A stretch of DNA of 64,000 nucleotides from Candidatus Margulisiibacteriota bacterium (lineage in GTDB: Bacteria > Margulisbacteria > WOR-1 > O2-12-FULL-45-9 > XYB2-FULL-48-7), in assembly GCA_018822365.1 (NCBI GenBank), contig JAHJKL010000042.1, positions 1,077 to 65,076 on the forward strand. The letters run 5' to 3'. Shown here piece by piece: positions 58,713-64,000 of this stretch. The notes below the pieces were generated by a model. It saw nothing but the letters and a program-made list of their open reading frames with translations, had not been told where the DNA came from and made no database searches. Position 1 is the first letter of the stretch; each line of letters begins with the position of its first letter. The position numbers and the translations under genes are program-made.

Positions 58713-60113
58713 TCAATCCTTCCCGTTTTCCCCTTCCCTCATCTTCAGCCTAAGCAGGATCTCTTTCGCTACGGTATGGATATCTCCCGCTCCGACCGTT
58801 AAAAGCATATCGCCGGGTTTAAGCTCTTTCATCAGCTGTTCAACGATCTTTTCTTTTTTGGGTATGTATGAAGCTTTTTCTTTATCAAGCAGGCTGGAGA
58901 TCGACCGACCAGTTATCCCGGGGATCGGTTTTTCTGAAGCGGCATAAATATCGGAAATGATGACCCGGTCGGCGTCGTCAAAGGCGGCCCCAAAACGATC
59001 TTGCAGCAGCTTGGTCCGGGTATAGCGGTGCGGCTGAAAAACGCAAATGATCTTCCGCTTCGGCCAACCGGCCCGGGCGGCGGAAAGGGTCGCTTTGATC
59101 TCGGTTGGATGATGAGCGTAATCGTCAATGATCATGACATCGGACTGTTCGCCGACGATCGAGAAACGGCGCCGGGCGCCGACAAAGGACTGAAGCGCCC
59201 CAACCATCAGGGAAAAATCGATCCCAAACTCAAACCCGATCGCGAAAACCGCCAGACTGTTGAGGACGTTCTGCCAGCCGGGGACTGATAACCCGACCTC
59301 GCCGACTTCTTCTCCATTTCTAAGCAGTATATATGTGGAATTAAACTTGGAATATTTTAAATTTTTCGCGCTGTATTCCATTGCCGGGTCAAGTCCGTAG
59401 GTAATAAACCGCCGCCCGGTCTTCCCCATCAATTTGCGATTGTTAGGATCGGTCCCGTCAACTAAAATAAACCCGGTTGAAGGAACACGGGAAGCAAACT
59501 CCTCAAAGGTCCGGAGCAGCTCATCGGTATTGCCAAAGTGCTCCATGTGGTCTTCTTCAATGTTCGTGATGATCTCGATGGTCGGGGAAAGGAAAAGAAA
59601 GGAGCTGTCCGATTCGTCCGCTTCGGCGACACAAAAACCGCCGCTCCCCATTTTGGCGTTGCCGCCCACGTAATCCATGTCGCAGCCGATCAAAAAGGTC
59701 GGGTTGAGTTTGGCCGCGTCCAGAACTTTCGCGATCATCGCGGTCGTGGTAGTTTTGCCATGCGTTCCGGCAACGGCGATCCGGTTCTGGGAACGGGACA
59801 TGATCCAGGCAAGCATTTCCGCCCGCTTCAGGATCGGCAGCTCTTTGGCTTGCGCCTCTTTCATTTCAGGATTTTCAAAATTGACCGCCGAAGAATAGAC
59901 CACCAGATCGATCCCGCGAATATTGTTGGCATCATGGCCGATCTGGATCTTGACCCCCATATCCTTTAACCGAACGGTGTTAGGGTTTTCCTTGATATCA
60001 GACCCGCTGACCTTAAAGCCCATTTCATGCAGGATCTTGGCCAAGCCGGACACACCGCACCCGCCAACTCCCACCAGATGGATACTTTTAATTTTATTAA
60101 GATCTAATGCCAT
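58713..60113 (-). CDS. murC: UDP-N-acetylmuramate--L-alanine ligase
   Basis: Mur ligase P-loop GTHGKTTTT. Confidence 0.9.
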   Translation of the reverse strand: MALDLNKIKSIHLVGVGGCGVSGLAKILHEMGFKVSGSDIKENPNTVRLKDMGVKIQIGHDANNIRGIDLVVYSSAVNFENPEMKEAQAKELPILKRAEMLAWIMSRSQNRIAVAGTHGKTTTTAMIAKVLDAAKLNPTFLIGCDMDYVGGNAKMGSGGFCVAEADESDSSFLFLSPTIEIITNIEEDHMEHFGNTDELLRTFEEFASRVPSTGFILVDGTDPNNRKLMGKTGRRFITYGLDPAMEYSAKNLKYSKFNSTYILLRNGEEVGEVGLSVPGWQNVLNSLAVFAIGFEFGIDFSLMVGALQSFVGARRRFSIVGEQSDVMIIDDYAHHPTEIKATLSAARAGWPKRKIICVFQPHRYTRTKLLQDRFGAAFDDADRVIISDIYAASEKPIPGITGRSISSLLDKEKASYIPKKEKIVEQLMKELKPGDMLLTVGAGDIHTVAKEILLRLKMREGENGKD

Positions 60114-61146
60114 TAATTATTTCTTGGACCGCGGTCGGCCTGGCCAGTTCGCGGCAGGCCTCTTTCATTTTCTTCAGATCAAGCGATTGTCCGTTTACCA
60201 GATCCGCGAAGCGCTCCGGCGTCAGGTCGCTATTATTAACCAGCAGTCCGGCGCCTGAATCGGCAACAACACGCGCGTTAAGCTCTTGATGGCCTTCGGC
60301 CGAGAATGGGAATGGGACCAAGATCATGGGCAATTCGCGGATTAAAAATTCTGCGATCGCTGTCGCCCCGGCCCGACTGACCGCCAGATCGGCCGCCGCA
60401 ATGGCATCAGCTATATTATACATGTATTCCACCGGTTTATAAAAAGGATATTCCCCCCTCTTTATCAGTGAAAAATCCCGGCTCCCGATAATATGGACGA
60501 TCTTTATCCCTTCTTTGATCTTCGGCAATGAATTGATCACCGCCTGATTAATGCTTCTCGCCCCCTGGCTTCCGCCAACGACCAGGACCAGCTTGTCACC
60601 CGGACGGCAGCCAAGGCGCAGTCGGCTTTTTTCCCGGTCGGAAGCAAATATCCCTGACCTGACCGGATTCCCGGTGACGATTCCCTGAGGCAGATACTCC
60701 TTGGAGCGATCAAAGGAAAGAAAGACTTTTTTCGCCCAACGGGCAAACAGGCGATTCGTCACCCCCGGCAAAACATTCTGCTCATGAATAAAGATCGGGA
60801 TCGCCAGGCCTTTTGCCGCCAGAACGACCGGCAAACTGGCGTAGCCTCCGGTCGAAATAAGAACATTAGGCCTTTCCCGTGCCAGATAAAATAAAGCCTG
60901 AAAAAAACCGATCATGGAAATGAAAGGAGCGGAGACCGCTTTATAAGAAAACTTGCGGAGAAGGGCGCGGGATTTGATCAATTTGATCGGAAACCCGGAC
61001 TTGGCGATCAATCCTTTTTCCAACCCTTCTTCACTGCCGATAAACAGGACCTTGCTCTCCGGCTCCCGCGCGATCAGCCCCTGCGCAATAGCGATCCCGG
61101 GATAAATATGCCCGCCGGTCCCGCCGGAAACGATGACGATCTTCAT
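60097..61146 (-). CDS. murG: undecaprenyldiphospho-muramoylpentapeptide beta-N-acetylglucosaminyltransferase
   Basis: GGTGGH N-terminal motif and GT28 length. Confidence 0.9.
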   Translation of the reverse strand: MKIVIVSGGTGGHIYPGIAIAQGLIAREPESKVLFIGSEEGLEKGLIAKSGFPIKLIKSRALLRKFSYKAVSAPFISMIGFFQALFYLARERPNVLISTGGYASLPVVLAAKGLAIPIFIHEQNVLPGVTNRLFARWAKKVFLSFDRSKEYLPQGIVTGNPVRSGIFASDREKSRLRLGCRPGDKLVLVVGGSQGARSINQAVINSLPKIKEGIKIVHIIGSRDFSLIKRGEYPFYKPVEYMYNIADAIAAADLAVSRAGATAIAEFLIRELPMILVPFPFSAEGHQELNARVVADSGAGLLVNNSDLTPERFADLVNGQSLDLKKMKEACRELARPTAVQEIINGIRS

Positions 61147-62234
61147 GCTGATCCTTTCTTGGAAATATTCAGGATCACACCTACTGTAAATAGATTGATG
61201 ATCGTCGCCGTTCCCCCATAACTAATGAACGGCAGAGGGATCCCGGTGGTCGGGACCAGCCCCACCACCACCATTATATTGATCATCGCTTGTGTAGTCA
61301 GCCAGGCTACCAGGCCGGTCGCCAATAAACTTTTAAACTGCTCTTTCGCTCCCAAGGCGATCAAAAAACCGCGATGAGCAAACAGCACATAGATAGAAAT
61401 AACCACGAAAGCTCCGATAAAACCGGTCTCTTCGCAATGAATGGCAAAAATAAAATCGGTAAATTGCTGGGGGAGATAAAAGAATTTTTGCCTTGAGGCC
61501 CCAAGCCCCAACCCCAGAATCCCGCCAGATCCGACCGCTAAAAGCGACTGGATGATCTGGAAACCGATCCCTTGGGGGTCTTGCCAGGGATCAAAAAAAG
61601 CGAGAAAACGTTTTAAACGGTACGCGGAAGTGACGCCTAAAACGATCACTCCGGCAACCGCAAATAATCCGAGAAAAACAAACTGCGAATATTCCATCCC
61701 GGCGACAAAAAGCATGCCAAAGACCGAACCGGCCAGCGCCAGCACTGTTCCCAGGTCCGGTTGTTTAATGATAAGCGCGGCAACAAAAACAAAGATCAAT
61801 AAAGCGGGCAAAACTCCTTTGATAAAGTCGCCAATATTCGCTTTTTTCTCGGACAACATTTTTGCCAGGTAAACGGTTAAAGTAAATTTGATCAGTTCGG
61901 ATGGCTGGAAAGATAATATCCCAAGGTCGATCCAGCGGGAAGCTCCGCTAATGTTATGCCCTATTCCGGGAATAAAGACCAGGATCAGGAAGATCAGGGA
62001 AAACAGGAATAAATGGGGCGAAACCTTTTTTAGCTTGGCCAGATCAAGATAGAAGCCGTAAAATCCTGCGCCAACACCTAAAACCAGAAACAGCAGATGG
62101 CGCTTGATATAGAAAAGCATGTCGCCGTACTTTAGCCCCATGGTCGGACTGGCGGAAAAAATAGTCGCGGTCCCGATGGCAGAAAGTAAAATGACCGACA
62201 ACAAAAACCAATAATCTATTTTAAGCTTAGGCAT
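61143..62234 (-). CDS. ftsW: peptidoglycan glycosyltransferase FtsW (SEDS family)
   Basis: SEDS TM topology; sits between murD and murG. Confidence 0.85.
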   Translation of the reverse strand: MPKLKIDYWFLLSVILLSAIGTATIFSASPTMGLKYGDMLFYIKRHLLFLVLGVGAGFYGFYLDLAKLKKVSPHLFLFSLIFLILVFIPGIGHNISGASRWIDLGILSFQPSELIKFTLTVYLAKMLSEKKANIGDFIKGVLPALLIFVFVAALIIKQPDLGTVLALAGSVFGMLFVAGMEYSQFVFLGLFAVAGVIVLGVTSAYRLKRFLAFFDPWQDPQGIGFQIIQSLLAVGSGGILGLGLGASRQKFFYLPQQFTDFIFAIHCEETGFIGAFVVISIYVLFAHRGFLIALGAKEQFKSLLATGLVAWLTTQAMINIMVVVGLVPTTGIPLPFISYGGTATIINLFTVGVILNISKKGSA

Positions 62235-63514
62235 AATTCCTTAAAGATCCGTCCGCGCTCTTCATAATTACTGAACATATCAAAACTGGCGCAGGCTGGC
62301 GACAAAAGTACAATATCCCCTTTTTCCGCCAAACGATAGGCTTCACGGACCGCGTCCCCCATTGAAAAACCCGCCCGGAATATTTGGTCATACCCCGCCT
62401 TACGCAAAGCGGTTTCAAAGCGATCGGCCGCCTCCCCGATCAAAACAACCGCCTTCACGTTATCTTTGATCCGTTTAACCATTTCATCCAGGTCAACCCC
62501 TTTATCCCGTCCCCCCAGGATCAGGACCAGCCCTTTCCCTTTAAAGGTTTCGATCGCTACTATAGTTGAATCGGGATTGGTCCCCTTTGAATCATTGTAA
62601 AACCCTATCCCCTTCTTTTTTTGGACAAATTCGATCCGGTGTTCTACTCCCGGAAAGGTTTTAAGCACTTTGGCAACTTTCTCTTTTTTTATTCCGCAAA
62701 GAGCGGCAACGCTCGCCGCCGCCAGCGCGTTCTCCAGATTGTGCCGGCCTGGTATCCTGATCTCCTCCGGGACAAGCGAAATTATTCGAGCAGCCTCTTC
62801 TTTGGCAAAAGGAACCAGTTGCGCTTTTGCTTCCTGGGCCATTTTTACTACTTGAGGATCATCGGCATTGTATACAAGATAATCGTCACCTGTCTGGTTC
62901 GCGAAGATCCTTTGTTTTTGGGCGATGTATTCGGCAAGCGTATGATGCCGTTCCAAATGGTCCGGTTGAATGTTCAGGATAACACTGATAAAAGGCTTAA
63001 AATCAACGATCGCCTCAAGCTGATAACTGCTGATCTCCGCTACCACATAATCAAGGGAAGAATCGTCAACCTCGATCAAAGGAAGTCCAATGTTGCCGGC
63101 AACCGCAAGCCTCTTCCCTCCAGCCTTGAGCATCTCCCCGATCAAAGTAGTAGTGGTAGTTTTGCCGTTGGTCCCGGTAATGGCAATGACCGGTTTGGTT
63201 AAAAAACGGAAAGCAAGTTCGACTTCAGAGATGATCGGAATATTTTTCTGCCTGGCCGAGGCAAGGATCGGAATATCCAGGTGAATCCCTGGACTGACCA
63301 CGACCAGATCGGCCCCCGCTGCCAGTTCGGGTGGATTCCCCCCCAACGCCAGTTTTATTCCCTTGCCGGTTAATAAGCCCAATAGTTCTTTGGAAAAAAG
63401 CGATTCCCCCTTCTGATCGGTCGCGGTAACTACTGCGCCCAATCCAGCCAGCTTGATGGCGGCCGAAAAGCCGCTCTTCCCCAGGCCGACAACAATGACT
63501 TTTTTCCCGTTCAT
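62216..63514 (-). CDS. murD: UDP-N-acetylmuramoylalanine--D-glutamate ligase
   Basis: Mur ligase motifs (GTNGKTTTT). Confidence 0.9.
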   Translation of the reverse strand: MNGKKVIVVGLGKSGFSAAIKLAGLGAVVTATDQKGESLFSKELLGLLTGKGIKLALGGNPPELAAGADLVVVSPGIHLDIPILASARQKNIPIISEVELAFRFLTKPVIAITGTNGKTTTTTLIGEMLKAGGKRLAVAGNIGLPLIEVDDSSLDYVVAEISSYQLEAIVDFKPFISVILNIQPDHLERHHTLAEYIAQKQRIFANQTGDDYLVYNADDPQVVKMAQEAKAQLVPFAKEEAARIISLVPEEIRIPGRHNLENALAAASVAALCGIKKEKVAKVLKTFPGVEHRIEFVQKKKGIGFYNDSKGTNPDSTIVAIETFKGKGLVLILGGRDKGVDLDEMVKRIKDNVKAVVLIGEAADRFETALRKAGYDQIFRAGFSMGDAVREAYRLAEKGDIVLLSPACASFDMFSNYEERGRIFKELCLSLK

Positions 63515-63529
63515 AAACCATCACCCCAA

Positions 63530-63552
63530 CCCCTCTCCCTCTGGGAGAGGGG
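63530..63552. repeat. hairpin CCCCTCTCCC-tct-GGGAGAGGGG (same family as 37284-37304)
   Basis: Read directly. In the 82-bp mraY-murD intergenic spacer. Confidence 0.8.
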
Positions 63553-63596
63553 CGGAAAGAAAAAATAATCAAGTTGAAAAAACTGGGTGAAGGTTA

Positions 63597-64000
63597 TCAT
63601 AAAAGCAGCCCCACTATTCCTAGAATTAACCCAACCCCCCAAAAACCAAGCACGATTTGGACCTCATTAAATCCTAAAAGTTCAAAGTGGTGATGAAGCG
63701 GAGTCATCCTAAACGGTCTCTTCTTAAAAAATTTATTAGAAGCGACCTGCATTATCACCGAAAGCGTTTCGATCACAAAAACCCCGCCAATAATTATCAA
63801 GCGGAGTTCCTGATGCAAGAGGATCGCCATACCGGCGAGCAGCGCTCCGATCGCTAGCGAACCGGTATCTCCCATAAAAACCTGCGCCTTGGGGAAATTA
63901 TAGAAAAGAAACGCGGCCGTCGCCCCGGCCGCGATCAAAGCAAAGGTCGCCGTGTCAACACTCCCCAGGCGATTGGCGATCAACACAAAAAAAACAAAGG
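63597..64000 (-). CDS. mraY: phospho-N-acetylmuramoyl-pentapeptide transferase, 3' part (start lies beyond the window end)
   Basis: C-terminal MraY motifs (HHHFEL, final TM helices). The ORF is open to the window edge. Confidence 0.85.
   Translation of the reverse strand, partial: FVFFVLIANRLGSVDTATFALIAAGATAAFLFYNFPKAQVFMGDTGSLAIGALLAGMAILLHQELRLIIIGGVFVIETLSVIMQVASNKFFKKRPFRMTPLHHHFELLGFNEVQIVLGFWGVGLILGIVGLLL

Overview
This 64-kb window is a gene-dense (~90% coding) bacterial chromosomal segment of about 50% GC, made up mostly of core housekeeping genes. Lineage markers are mixed. The alaS-ruvX-mltG order, the YtxH/DUF948 trio and an LCP protein look Firmicutes-like. The MlaE/F/D genes and an LptD-like barrel imply a diderm (outer-membrane-bearing) envelope. 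Recognisable content, in order: a purine block (guaA, a CBS-less IMPDH, htrA), glyA, ftsEX, a parvulin-TPR fusion, PGM/PMM, PBP1A, aroQ, ispD, dxs, fhs, folE, a CPBP-protease/D-aminoacylase operon, pgi, pgm, tagA, ygiQ, DJ-1, an S2P protease, LCP, an exported SagB-type dehydrogenase, a tail-less ssb, a GH8 hydrolase, glgP, the Mla/LptD-like block, nnr, acpS, ilvE, argS, pheA, a dCMP deaminase, a split transketolase, and a partial dcw cluster (mraY-murD-ftsW-murG-murC-murB). No rRNA or tRNA genes, CRISPR arrays, integrases or transposases were seen. The unusual signals are mostly non-coding: (1) a family of at least five perfect 24-26-bp palindromes (TAACCGCGCN-TTAA-N'GCGCGGTTA) whose central bases covary; (2) a second family of CCCTCTCCC/GGGAGAGGG hairpins in two minus-strand intergenic gaps; (3) a twin-hairpin structured element in front of a lysine-rich gene; (4) a 650-bp non-coding, palindrome-rich tract upstream of glgP. 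Accessory-looking coding content includes small genes translationally coupled around a CPBP protease, a stand-alone YgiT zinc-finger gene pair, and AT-rich hypothetical genes flanking fhs.
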